64,000 bases of DNA from Treponema sp. OMZ 838 (GCF_000775995.1 NZ_CP009227.1:1902296-1966295); one strand, 5' to 3'; positions 28,092 through 37,788 are shown, counted from the first letter of the stretch. Made by a program: numbers and translations. Notes: generated from the sequence alone by a model not told the origin.

Positions 28092-28224
28092 AAAAGGGCA
28101 GGGCAAAGAATTGGCAATGGGTAATTGGTGATGCGTAATTATATTTCCAATTACCCCAGCCTCGTCTAAAACGGTAGAAGAAAAGTTCAATGTAATTTTC
28201 ACTCTTACCGGGCAAGTAAAAGAA

Positions 28225-28545
28225 ATGAGCGACCGCCTGACTGAGGCAATGCGGGAACAGGAGAATGGAAGTAGGGAAGTGTTGACTGCCATTAAGAGCA
28301 TCAACACGGTGACGATAGAAGTACAGGCCGGCTCCGAAGAAATGTTAAAAGGCGGAGAAAGTGTTACGGGCGAAATGCATAAACTCGATGAACTTACTCG
28401 TATCATAACCGACAGCATGAATGAAATGGCTTCCGGTGCGGTGCGGATTAGTAACGCCATACAAGAAGTAAACGAAATCACGCAGAAGAATAAGCGGAAT
28501 ATTGGGAATTTGACGGAAGCAGTCGCTCAATTTAAAGTCAATTAG
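28225..28545 (+). pseudogene. remnant of a methyl-accepting chemotaxis protein (C-terminal roughly 100 aa of the signalling domain only)
   Basis: The 106-aa ORF matches the extreme C-terminus of MCP signalling domains (ASGAVRISNAIQEVNEITQKNKRNIGNLTEAVAQFKV). No ligand-binding, HAMP or TM portion lies upstream. Confidence 0.55.
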
Positions 28546-28596
28546 CGGCTCTGCCCCTAATGACCCCATCTCGCGCAAACTAAGCCGATGCCCCCG

Positions 28597-28985
28597 TATA
28601 TTTGCAAAAGGGCGCTTTCGAAAAAAAGCTTCCGTAAGCTTTTGCAAAGAGACGGTATAGATGCTAGGAGCGTACAAAAAACACCCGCAGGCACGGTAAA
28701 AAATGTACGTCCTGTACATTTTTTACCTACGTGTTTGCTGCGCAAACACGCTGCTGCGTAGAACCACCGCCGTCCATGGCAGTTCTGATACGTCGAAGAC
28801 TAATTTGTTCGCAGCAACAAAGTAGATACACACATCCAGCGCTTTTGCAAAGAGACGGCGTAGATACAAGGAGTTAGCCGAAAATAAAGCGCAGGCGTAT
28901 TTATATACGTTGAGCATTTATTTTCGGCGTGCGACGCAGTAGATGCGTCGTATATTTGCAAAAGACTAGTCGACACGAAAAAGTT
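28597..28985. repeat. hairpin-dense intergenic repeat element, copy B of the family
   Basis: Collinear with 14967-15120 and with 15268-15395. Stems carry compensatory substitutions relative to copy A. Confidence 0.65.
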
Positions 28986-31449
28986 GACTCTTCTGATACA
29001 CAGGGAAAAAGCGTTTCTGGCTGCCGTTTTCAAACTGTACGGTAATCACCAATTCGCCGCCGCTTTGCCTTGACTGTACGACATAGCCGTAGCCGTAGTC
29101 GTCGTGAAAGATCTGCTGCCCGCACTTCCATAATGCAGCTTCTTCGTCGGCGGGAGAGGTAAAGCTTGCAATGGACTGTCCTATCACGTCGACAAGACCG
29201 CTGTCAATTTCCGCTAAAAAGCGGCTTGGTTCCATATACGACAGCTTTCCGTACATCCGCCGTGCTGCGCAGCTGGTCATATACAGCGCGTCCTGTGCAC
29301 GGGTACAGGCAACGTACATCAACCGCCGCTCCTCTTCCATATCTTCGGCGCTTTCGTCATTGCGCGGAAAAATACCGTTTTCAAGACCGGTGATAATTAC
29401 ATTGCGGAACTCAAGCCCTTTTGTGTTGTGCATAGTGATAAGCTGCACGGCATCGGCTCCTGCATCGGTTTCCGCAAGGCTGCGGTCCAGTTCGATATGC
29501 TCCAAAAAGGAAGTCAGTCCGGCAGCCGAGCAGGGGTACAGCGAGGCGGTATTGGCAAGTTCCTGCAAGTTCGCTGTTTTCTGCGTACCCATCACTTCGT
29601 CCTGATTCCGGTGAAAAACGCCTAAACCTGTTTGCTCGATAACCGCCAGTACAAAGGCAGCGAGCCGCTCGCCCTGCTGTCCGTGTTTTTGCGTAATTGC
29701 CTGTTCAGAGGCGCCGGTGTCTATGGTACTGCCGATTGGGGCATCAGACCGCAGGTCGTCGGCTTGTGCATCGATGTCCACTGCCGTATCAAACGCCGCA
29801 GCGCCGGCGGTATTTGCGGAATCGTATTCGGCAAGAAGGCTGCGGAGCGAATGCAATGTGTTTAAAAACTCCTGCAGCGCGGTACCTGCTTTCTTGGGTA
29901 TCGGGAGCTTTGCTCCTGCGCCGAGTAGTACAGTAATATAGTCGGCTCCTTGTTGCGGTATAGCTTCTGCTTGTTGTCGCAAGGGTAGGGCAGTGGGTTC
30001 TTGCAGTTGAGTGAACTCTTGTTGAGCGCTTCCACTGTCTTGTTCCGGTGAACTGCCGAATGCCAATACACCTGTATATGCCGGTGGTTCTATGGTTGCC
30101 GCTTCTTCCACAGTTGCCGCTGAACCTGTATTTGCGGATAAATTTGTAAATGCTGCGCGAGCGTACGCAACCAACTTATTTTGTGTGGTTTCGCCGATTC
30201 CCCGCGCGGGTTTATTCACCATACGGCGGAAGGCAATTTCATCGCGTCCGTTTGCGATAAGCGCCAAAAGAGCAAGCGCATCTTTAATTTCTTCGCGTTC
30301 GTAGAACTTGAGCGTACCGACTACTTTGTGAGGAATTTTTTCGTGCAGGAAAGTTGTTTCAAAGTTGAGCGACTGTGCATTGGTGCGGTACAAAATTGCC
30401 CAATCTGAATAGGCACCGCCTGCCCGTACCGCCTTTTTGATGAGCTGCACACACAGCTCTGCCTCCGCGTCTTGAGACGGTAGGTAATAAAGGCAGGGCT
30501 TTTGTCCGCCGGTTCCGCGTGCTGCAATCAGCGTTTTACCGAGCCGGCCCTCATTGCGGGAAACCACCGAGTCGGCGACGCGCAAAATCGGTTCATACGA
30601 GCGGTAGTTCCGCACCAGCCGGATAATCTTTGTGTGCGGAAATTGACGGTCAAAGGTCAGGATGTTCTGCACCTCCGCGCCGCGGAACCGGTAAATAGAC
30701 TGATCGTCATCGCCGACAACACAGACATACGTGTCTTCGCCGGTCAATTCCCGCAATAGCTGAAACTGAGCGCTGTTTGAATCCTGATACTCATCCACGA
30801 GGATCACTTTAAAGCGTCTATGAAGCTGCTGGGCAATAGCGGTATGTTCTTGCAGCAGCTGAACCGGCAGCATAATCAAATCGCCGAAGTCGGCATTCCC
30901 TGTTTCACGGAGCCGCTGTTGATACGCACGGTAGATTACAGCGAACTCAGGCGCGGGGTCGATCATCGTAAGCTGCGGGTTATCAGGCAACAGGCAATAA
31001 TCTTTCGCGCGGGAGATTTTCCGTATAAAGCGCTGCGCCTCCTGCTTATTTAGCTGAGGCAGCACTTTCATCAACAGCGTTACCGAATCATCATCATCGT
31101 AAATCGTAAAATTGGGAGAAAGCCCCGCCCATTCGGCATACCGGCGCAGCATCCACGCACCGAAAGAGTGAAAGGTGCGGATACTCGACCTGGCTGCGCG
31201 TTCATCCAGTGCCTGTGCCCGTTCCGCCATTTCCCGAGCAGCCTTGTTGGTAAAGGTAACTGCCAAAATCGATTCAGGACGCACATCTTGTTCTGCAATG
31301 AGCCACGCAATTTTTGTTGTAATAACCCGCGTCTTCCCCGAACCCGCACCAGCCAAAATCAAAAGCGGCGAGCCGGTATGACACACGGCTTCAAGTTGTT
31401 CAGGATTTAAAACCGATAAATATCCGCACGTTTCTTCCATCGTTCTCAT
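28966..31449 (-). CDS. uvrD: ATP-dependent DNA helicase UvrD/PcrA family
   Basis: Walker A AGAGSGKT, motifs TFTNKAAREM and DEYQDSN, and a C-terminal UvrD_C/Tudor-like tail. A roughly 170-aa A/T/Q-rich low-complexity insertion sits in the 2B region. Confidence 0.9.
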   Translation of the reverse strand: MRTMEETCGYLSVLNPEQLEAVCHTGSPLLILAGAGSGKTRVITTKIAWLIAEQDVRPESILAVTFTNKAAREMAERAQALDERAARSSIRTFHSFGAWMLRRYAEWAGLSPNFTIYDDDDSVTLLMKVLPQLNKQEAQRFIRKISRAKDYCLLPDNPQLTMIDPAPEFAVIYRAYQQRLRETGNADFGDLIMLPVQLLQEHTAIAQQLHRRFKVILVDEYQDSNSAQFQLLRELTGEDTYVCVVGDDDQSIYRFRGAEVQNILTFDRQFPHTKIIRLVRNYRSYEPILRVADSVVSRNEGRLGKTLIAARGTGGQKPCLYYLPSQDAEAELCVQLIKKAVRAGGAYSDWAILYRTNAQSLNFETTFLHEKIPHKVVGTLKFYEREEIKDALALLALIANGRDEIAFRRMVNKPARGIGETTQNKLVAYARAAFTNLSANTGSAATVEEAATIEPPAYTGVLAFGSSPEQDSGSAQQEFTQLQEPTALPLRQQAEAIPQQGADYITVLLGAGAKLPIPKKAGTALQEFLNTLHSLRSLLAEYDSANTAGAAAFDTAVDIDAQADDLRSDAPIGSTIDTGASEQAITQKHGQQGERLAAFVLAVIEQTGLGVFHRNQDEVMGTQKTANLQELANTASLYPCSAAGLTSFLEHIELDRSLAETDAGADAVQLITMHNTKGLEFRNVIITGLENGIFPRNDESAEDMEEERRLMYVACTRAQDALYMTSCAARRMYGKLSYMEPSRFLAEIDSGLVDVIGQSIASFTSPADEEAALWKCGQQIFHDDYGYGYVVQSRQSGGELVITVQFENGSQKRFFPVYQKSQLFRVD

Positions 31450-31450
31450 G

Positions 31451-32578
31451 TTACTTTTGGCTAAGATTTCCCGTCAGCAATTCTTTAAGTTGATCTAAAA
31501 TCTGCCCGCCGCCGGTAATGGAAATTTGGCTGATCTTTTCGCTCATCTTATCGACATATTCAAGTTCCTTGAGTTTTAGCAACAAGGGATTTTCCTCCAT
31601 CAATTTAGCGGTATTGAGGAGGCTCCGCGTCGAAGCGGTTTCTTCGCGGCGGGTGATGATATTCGCCTGCGCTTTCTTTTCGGCAATCAACACTTGATTG
31701 ACAATATCCCGAATCTCTCCCGGTAAAATAGTATCTTTCAGTCCGCATGAAAGCACTTCGATACCGAATTGCGCTTGATACGGTTTTAGAGTCTCCATGA
31801 CAAAGGCATTGATTTCCTGTTTTTTTTGCAGCAGCTCATCAAAAAGGAGCGTGCCGACATACTCGCGCAATGCAAGTTGAAAGCACACATACAGCTGATT
31901 TTCATAATCGACATTTGCAACCAGCGCAGTAACCGGATCGTTTATTTTATACCGGCACATAAAATTAAGCCGGAGCAGGATTTTATCCTTTGTCAATATT
32001 TCTTGACCTGAAATTTCAAGTTGCCGTGCACGCATATCGGCTTTTATCACATTGATGGACTGAACACCTTTCCAGAAAAAATAATTCCCCGGTTCAAGTA
32101 TTTTGATGAATTGTTTATCAAAGTAGAGAAGCCCCTTCTCGTATGGTTCAACTCCATAGCTGATAACGTAGGGTTTCAATACATCGGCAGTGAGGATATT
32201 CCGATCAATATCCGCGCTGATTTCAGGATTGTTCAAATCAATCTGCTGAAATGTTTTAACGCGGCTATTATTCCAAAAAATATGCTGTCCCGGTGTTAAC
32301 ACGTCTTTTAAAAACTCATCGTCAAAATAGAGCGCAATATGACCGGCACTCACCGTAACGGTTTCCGTTTGATTGCGGAATGCCTCGTCGGCAAGCAGTT
32401 CAGCCGGATCGCCTGCGGTATGCAGTTCTTCAAAAACCGAATGATATTCAAGCGTATAGCTTTTCCAATTCAAAAAAAATCCAGGCTTTAGGATTTTGAT
32501 AAACTTTCCGTGCTTAAATAGCAATACCTTTTGATCAAACCTAATATACATACTTACTCCCTGTAATAGCTGAGGCAA
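31451..32578 (-). CDS. SPFH/band-7 domain protein
   Basis: Central SPFH-like region with a C-terminal coiled coil. 1-nt spacing from uvrD suggests an operon. The start may be the internal MYIRF. Confidence 0.65.
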   Translation of the reverse strand: MPQLLQGVSMYIRFDQKVLLFKHGKFIKILKPGFFLNWKSYTLEYHSVFEELHTAGDPAELLADEAFRNQTETVTVSAGHIALYFDDEFLKDVLTPGQHIFWNNSRVKTFQQIDLNNPEISADIDRNILTADVLKPYVISYGVEPYEKGLLYFDKQFIKILEPGNYFFWKGVQSINVIKADMRARQLEISGQEILTKDKILLRLNFMCRYKINDPVTALVANVDYENQLYVCFQLALREYVGTLLFDELLQKKQEINAFVMETLKPYQAQFGIEVLSCGLKDTILPGEIRDIVNQVLIAEKKAQANIITRREETASTRSLLNTAKLMEENPLLLKLKELEYVDKMSEKISQISITGGGQILDQLKELLTGNLSQK

Positions 32579-32947
32579 TTGCCCTGAGATTAAAAAGAAT
32601 ACGGAAGACCTGTCCTGCCGTCGAAGAACGGATCGCGGCTTTAGGAATGCTGCAATGCTTCTATGCTCGGTACGGTTAGGCGCTCTTTCTAAAAAGAGAA
32701 CCGTAGCGTACTGAGTTTCGGCAGCTGCGCTCTACATTCCGGTATCTGCTGCAATGCTAAGTTATCCGCCGGTTGCCGTCTGCAAGCTCCTCACCTGACC
32801 CCGCACAAGTCCTCGGGACGGCACGGCATCAGATAGAAACAGTATGCAAAAGCGCCGAGACATCAGCGCCTTTGCCGCAGACAGCGAGGGCAAGTATTCC
32901 GTATGTGTTGTGGTGCTTCTTTTCAGAAGCTGTGTTACCATACGCTG

Positions 32948-32992
32948 CGTGAAGTGCAGTTGGGAATCGAACCCAATTAGTCCAGCCGGGCG
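32948..32992 (-). ncRNA. tRNA-like T-arm plus acceptor 3'-half fragment (GGAC-TAA-TTGGG-TTCGATT-CCCAA-CTGCACT-TCA)
   Basis: The minus-strand sequence has a canonical GGTTCGATTCC T-loop, a 5-bp T-stem and a 7-nt 3' acceptor strand. No matching 5' acceptor strand, D arm or anticodon arm lies within 90 nt. It sits in a 1-kb ORF-free gap. Confidence 0.25.
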
Positions 32993-33715
32993 AGAGAGTG
33001 CTTTGCTCTAACTCGACACCGGGTTATCTCATATTTTTTCACGGCAGAACGCAGGAGACTACTGTTCCGGCGCTGCTGTGCTCTAAATGAAACACCGCGT
33101 GAAAAAAACAGACGTCTTATTGTATGAGTTTATCGAGGCCTTGGCTAGAGGAAAGTGAGAATGCACCAGGGCAAATATTTAAAAAATGTTGAGTGTACTT
33201 GCCTTCTTTTTGCGAGCATCTCTAGAAATTATACCTGAGTTTTTTGCAGATGCCTATGATTGTATAATCAAAACTATGAGAAGTATTATATCATAAGTGT
33301 ACGGATTTTGGTAGCGAATGCTACATTTCATATTAGAGTAAACGCATCGGATTTCCGGCGCAGCGCAGCCGTGCTTCAAATATGTTTGTTGATTCCCATT
33401 AGTTAACGAAAAACTAAATTTACAACCCAATGAGTAAATGTACCGATAGGGAGTAAATCGATATCGATTATGTTTTCGATGATTATGGCAGCAAACAAAG
33501 TAAGAGTGCCGTATTGTGTTATTTTCCGCTCAACTTCATTGCTTAAATTGAGTCCCGATAAAAATACATGACTGCCGTGCCATCGCCGAGTTTATCCGCA
33601 ACGAAGGCATGGCTGAATTCATGTACGGTAAGGCCGATAATCACTCTGGGCAGCGAATACAGTATATTAGTCCAGTTAAAATTCATAAAAAAACGCTATC
33701 AGTGTAAAAACTCTT

Positions 33716-34894
33716 TTACAGCGCCGCTTTATAAATTGCAAGAACATCGGCTGCCGTTAAGGTTTGGAAGCCGCGGATTTTTCCGCTGCGGCTCCGGTGC
33801 ATCACAGCCGCTTCCGCCATCTCTTTAAGATGCTCTTCGCCGATACCGACTTCACGCAGCGTCATCGGGATACCGAGCGATGCAAAAAATTCCGATGTCT
33901 TATCGATGGCGGCGTTTGCCGTTTTATAGACATCCGCGTCTGCGGGCAAGCCCCACACGTTGACACCGTATTCGGCAAGCTTATGCACGGTATTATCGTT
34001 CAGTACGTGCCGCATCCAGTGAGGGGTCAGGATTGCAAGTCCTACCCCATGCGTAATGTCATAAAAGGCGCTCAGCTCATGTTCCATCGGATGAGCCGAC
34101 CACATCGTCATTTTTCCGCAACCCAACAAGCCGTTAATTGCCCATGTTCCTGCCCACATCAGATTGGCGCGGGCGTCATAATTATCGGGTTCCTTCAGCG
34201 CAATGGGGCCGTAGTGGATACAAGTCTTGAGTACCGCTTCGGCGGACCGGTCTTGTAAGTAAGCCCCGTCATCCAACGAAAAATAATTTTCAAACGTATG
34301 ACTCATAATATCCGCAGTACCGGCGGCCGTATGCTCTTTGGGTACCGAGAACGTGTAGCACGGATCCATCACCGAGAATTTAGGCATTGCAGACGGTACT
34401 TCAAAGCCGAGCTTTTCCTTGGTTTTAAAATTGGTAATAACGGCTCCGCAATTCATTTCGGAACCCGTCGCTGCAAGGGTTAAGACAGTACCGAGCGGGA
34501 GGACGTTCTCCGCTGATGCCTTCCGGGTAACAATGTCCCACGGGTCGCCGTTATAGTGCGCACCGGCAGCGATTGCCTTAGCACAATCGATGGAACTTCC
34601 TCCGCCGACAGGGAGAATAAAATTAAGCTTATGTTCCCGTACCAGCGCGATTCCTTTTTCAACTTCTTCTATCCGGGGGTTGGGAGAGATGCCTGACAGC
34701 TCCGCATAAAAGATACCTTTTGATTTTAACTGCGCCGTTACCGTATCGTAAAGCCCGATTTTCTTGATACTCCCGCCGCCGTAACAGAGCAACACTCTAT
34801 TGCCGTACTTTAGTATTTCATCGGCAAGCCCTTCGACACTGCCTTTCCCGAACAGTATCTTTACCGGTACATCAAAAACAAAATTGAACATCAT
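33716..34894 (-). CDS. iron-containing (group III) alcohol dehydrogenase
   Basis: Fe-ADH family signature (GGGSSIDCAKAIAAG, His-rich metal site HGVGLAILTPHWM). Confidence 0.9.
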   Translation of the reverse strand: MMFNFVFDVPVKILFGKGSVEGLADEILKYGNRVLLCYGGGSIKKIGLYDTVTAQLKSKGIFYAELSGISPNPRIEEVEKGIALVREHKLNFILPVGGGSSIDCAKAIAAGAHYNGDPWDIVTRKASAENVLPLGTVLTLAATGSEMNCGAVITNFKTKEKLGFEVPSAMPKFSVMDPCYTFSVPKEHTAAGTADIMSHTFENYFSLDDGAYLQDRSAEAVLKTCIHYGPIALKEPDNYDARANLMWAGTWAINGLLGCGKMTMWSAHPMEHELSAFYDITHGVGLAILTPHWMRHVLNDNTVHKLAEYGVNVWGLPADADVYKTANAAIDKTSEFFASLGIPMTLREVGIGEEHLKEMAEAAVMHRSRSGKIRGFQTLTAADVLAIYKAAL

Positions 34895-34987
34895 AGCCTC
34901 CTAATCATTTTATGGAATGGAAAAAACGCTTTGATAAATCTATTTATTTAAGTTTAACATAGAATACATGATTGTACTATCCTGCAT

Positions 34988-35128
34988 AGTCTAAAGTTTT
35001 ATCTGGGGGCCTCACTCCGTTCGGGGCGCTACGTCCGCTGTTCCGCTTTCGCTCCATTCCTCCACTTCGTTTCTGTACGGACAAGGATGTCCGTGATGTG
35101 AATCAGCAGCTCCTATCGCTAACCCTGT
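34988..35128. repeat. left copy of a roughly 150-bp direct repeat flanking the GNAT/ATPase cassette
   Basis: About 90% identical to 37097-37245. Begins with the iteron-like CTAAAGTTTTATCTGG and the motif CCTCACTCCGTTCGGG. Confidence 0.7.
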
Positions 35129-35142
35129 GGGCAGCACAGAGC

Positions 35143-35637
35143 TTATATCTCCTTGCACATATATACTATTCCGATGTTCCTGCCGAATTTCCGCCAACAG
35201 TTCTTCAATCTTCCGTATTCAATAAACCCATGCTTCTTATGAAATGCAATGCTTTGCTCATTCTCATCGGATATATCAACAACAAGCTTTTTCATGCTGT
35301 GTTGTTTTGCGTCATTTTCCAGCAATGATACGATTTCCCGTCCCACACCTTTTCCGGTCATTTCCTGTTTAATGAAATACATGCAATCGCCGAGTTCGTT
35401 AAATGTTCGGATGTTTTTATATTTTTCCAGCATACAAAATCCGATAACCTCGTTTGCATTATTCATTATCGCGTATGCGCTGACAACATCGTCATCAACG
35501 AGGGTGTTAAAGAAGTCATACCCAACTTTTTCGGAACGGTATGCTGCTGTTGTGTGTTCAATATAATAATTGAAAATATCGATTGTTTCTTTTTTATATT
35601 TTGCAGTCAGCCTGTTAAAATGAATATCCATCAGCAC
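35143..35637 (-). CDS. GNAT family N-acetyltransferase
   Basis: Acetyl-CoA binding motif region (QEMTGKGVGREIV) of the GNAT fold. Confidence 0.8.
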   Translation of the reverse strand: MLMDIHFNRLTAKYKKETIDIFNYYIEHTTAAYRSEKVGYDFFNTLVDDDVVSAYAIMNNANEVIGFCMLEKYKNIRTFNELGDCMYFIKQEMTGKGVGREIVSLLENDAKQHSMKKLVVDISDENEQSIAFHKKHGFIEYGRLKNCWRKFGRNIGIVYMCKEI

Positions 35638-35731
35638 CTCTCCTACTTTTTATACAAAACCAGCATAAAAATTTACCCTGTTCTATTATATGTATTGTAG
35701 CGGTATTATCTACAGCAATAATCGTAAAAGC

Positions 35732-36901
35732 TCACCGTAAATGCTTTTCCCAATCGCGCCAGCTCACATAGGAAGTACCGTTGATGTCCATACTCATATC
35801 GGATAAATAAAACACCGCATTTTTTGCCGTTTCATCATTCAGCAGCTGTAAATATTTTTTTGTGCTGCGCGACAGCTTTGCATCCGGGGCATTGGAGCTT
35901 TTTATCTCAATCGCAAAAGTACGGTTCCAATCCGCAATCGTATCTACCTCCAAGCCCTTGCTGTCTCTAAAAAAGGTCAGATTCGCTTTTTTGCCCTGAT
36001 TCATGCGATATTTCAGTAATTCTGAAACGGCAAAGGTCTCAACCGCTGCTCCCTTGTATCTGCTCAAGAGCAAAGCCTCTTTTGTCTCCAGCCGTAAAAG
36101 ATGACACAGCAGTCCTGAATCAACAAAATAGAGCTTCGGCGTTTTTACAATACTTCTTCCAAGATTATTGGTGTTCGGTTCAAGGAAGTGGATAATAAAC
36201 GAAGCCTCTAAAATAGAAAGCCAGCTCTTGACCGTCGGTGCGGAAATACCGGTATCCCGCGCAATGCTATCCATAGAAAGCAGCTGCCCGCTCTGCACCG
36301 CACATATTTGAACAAACTTCTTAAACAGCGAAATATTGCCGGAATTAATCTGATCCCGTATATCCAAGTCCAAGTAGGTATCGATATAATTTTCATACCA
36401 ATCCTCCGGAATAAAATGCCGGGCAGTATCATAGAGGGGCGGATATTGACCCGAAAAAATCAGCGTATACGGATTGTCCGGCAGCACACCGCCCGTCTGT
36501 AATTCGTGAATGGAAAACGGCAGCAGCTTCAAAAACGCTGCTCGCCCCGCCAAACTGTCCGTCATATTTGCTTTTAACCGGAGCTGACTGGAACCCGTTA
36601 CGATAAACGTTCCCGGAGCGCTCTGTTCCCGATCCACATGCAGTTTTATCGCATCAAAGATTTCCGGTACTTTCTGCGCCTCATCAATCACCGCACCATC
36701 GGGAAACGCCATAATAAAGTCATTCGGATTCGACGCTGCAAGATCCCGCATTGTCCGGTCATCAAACGTCACATATTTTTTATCAGGGAAAACCGCTTTT
36801 GCCAGTGTTGACTTCCCGCTCTGCCGCGGCCCGGTTATCCCAATCACCGGAAACTGAGAAGCCAACCGCCGCAACGCCTCTTCCGCTGTCCTTTTAACCA
36901 T
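35732..36901 (-). CDS. AAA+ ATPase of the AAA_14/DUF4143 family (COG1373)
   Basis: Walker A GPRQSGKST, Walker B-like FIVTGSS, and a C-terminal DUF4143-like region. Confidence 0.8.
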   Translation of the reverse strand: MVKRTAEEALRRLASQFPVIGITGPRQSGKSTLAKAVFPDKKYVTFDDRTMRDLAASNPNDFIMAFPDGAVIDEAQKVPEIFDAIKLHVDREQSAPGTFIVTGSSQLRLKANMTDSLAGRAAFLKLLPFSIHELQTGGVLPDNPYTLIFSGQYPPLYDTARHFIPEDWYENYIDTYLDLDIRDQINSGNISLFKKFVQICAVQSGQLLSMDSIARDTGISAPTVKSWLSILEASFIIHFLEPNTNNLGRSIVKTPKLYFVDSGLLCHLLRLETKEALLLSRYKGAAVETFAVSELLKYRMNQGKKANLTFFRDSKGLEVDTIADWNRTFAIEIKSSNAPDAKLSRSTKKYLQLLNDETAKNAVFYLSDMSMDINGTSYVSWRDWEKHLR

Positions 36902-36981
36902 ATCGCCGCTCCTTTTTTAATCCGATTACAAGTAGACCTGTTTACCCCTTCTGTTGCTGAAGAGGTCTAGCATTGGAGATG

Positions 36982-37115
36982 ATAATCCAAAGTATACTAT
37001 GGGAGAATCCTAAAGTCAATATTGGGAATAATCCAAAGTTTTATATGGTGATAATCTAAAGTTTTGACGGGTTGTAATCTAAAGTTTTATGCAGTGATAA
37101 TCTAAGGTCTTGTTT
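36982..37115. repeat. iteron-like array of 6 tandem 22-23 bp repeats (consensus roughly GATAATCYAAAGTTTTATATGG)
   Basis: AATCC/AATCT cores at 36985, 37007, 37030, 37053, 37076 and 37099, with regular 22-23 bp spacing, upstream of the AAA ATPase gene. A seventh copy lies at 34988-35006. Confidence 0.65.
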
Positions 37116-37245
37116 TTATATGGTGGTTTTCTCACTCCGTTCGGGTCGCTACGTCTGCTGTTTCGCTTTCGCTCCATTTCTCCGCTTCGTTTCTATACGG
37201 ACAAGGATGTCCGTGATGTGAATCAGAAGCTCCCATCGCTAATCC
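37097..37245. repeat. right copy of the roughly 150-bp direct repeat
   Basis: See 34988-35128. The 30-bp start motif TATATGGTGGTTTTCTCACTCCGTTCGGG also occurs at 42270-42300. Confidence 0.7.
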
Positions 37246-37335
37246 TATTGTAGCGGTATACATTATCTCTCTATAGACTAAGGCTATGAGCAGGGGGCGG
37301 AGCGGTTTGTTACATTATACCGCCCGCCTATGATA

Positions 37336-37788
37336 TTATTTACTGTACTTCTTTTCTATATCGCCGATCATATTGACGCGTTTTGTGTAGCTGCCGCCTT
37401 CAAACTGTGCATCAAAAAAAGCATCGACAATTGCTTTTGCTATTTCAGGGCCTACAATACATACCCCCATAGAAACGATATTGATATCACTGTGCTCAAC
37501 AGCCAATTTTGCGGTGCACGGTTCACTACACGCGGCAGCACGGATTCCCGGAACCTTATTTGCGGCGAGGGAAATACCGATACCTGATCCGCAGATCAAT
37601 ATTCCTTTTTCAACCTCCTTCGATTTAATTGCCTCAGCAACCTTTAAACCGAATTCGGGATAATCGACCGGAACCTTCGGATCTGTCGTTCCGTAATCGA
37701 CACATTCATACCCTTTGTTTCGTACATGTTCCATTAAGATATGTTTTAATCCAACCGATGCATGATCGCATCCAAAACCGACCTTCAT
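37336..37788 (-). CDS. rpiB: ribose-5-phosphate isomerase B (RpiB/LacAB family)
   Basis: MKVGFGCDHAS N-terminus and LICGSGIGISLAANK motif; start taken at the internal MKVGF. Confidence 0.85.
   Translation of the reverse strand: MKVGFGCDHASVGLKHILMEHVRNKGYECVDYGTTDPKVPVDYPEFGLKVAEAIKSKEVEKGILICGSGIGISLAANKVPGIRAAACSEPCTAKLAVEHSDINIVSMGVCIVGPEIAKAIVDAFFDAQFEGGSYTKRVNMIGDIEKKYSK

Noticed and set aside
32948-33330. Possible tmRNA (ssrA) on the minus strand, ending in the tRNA-like T-arm
   Set aside because: The 3' end resembles a tmRNA tail (GGAC + T-arm + 7-nt acceptor). However, position 70 is A rather than U, so there is no G3:U70 alanine identity pair. No GGGG...GGATTCGAC-type 5' end was found. 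No tag-peptide ORF ending in a stop preceded by Ala-Ala codons was found. It is kept only as a tRNA-like fragment.
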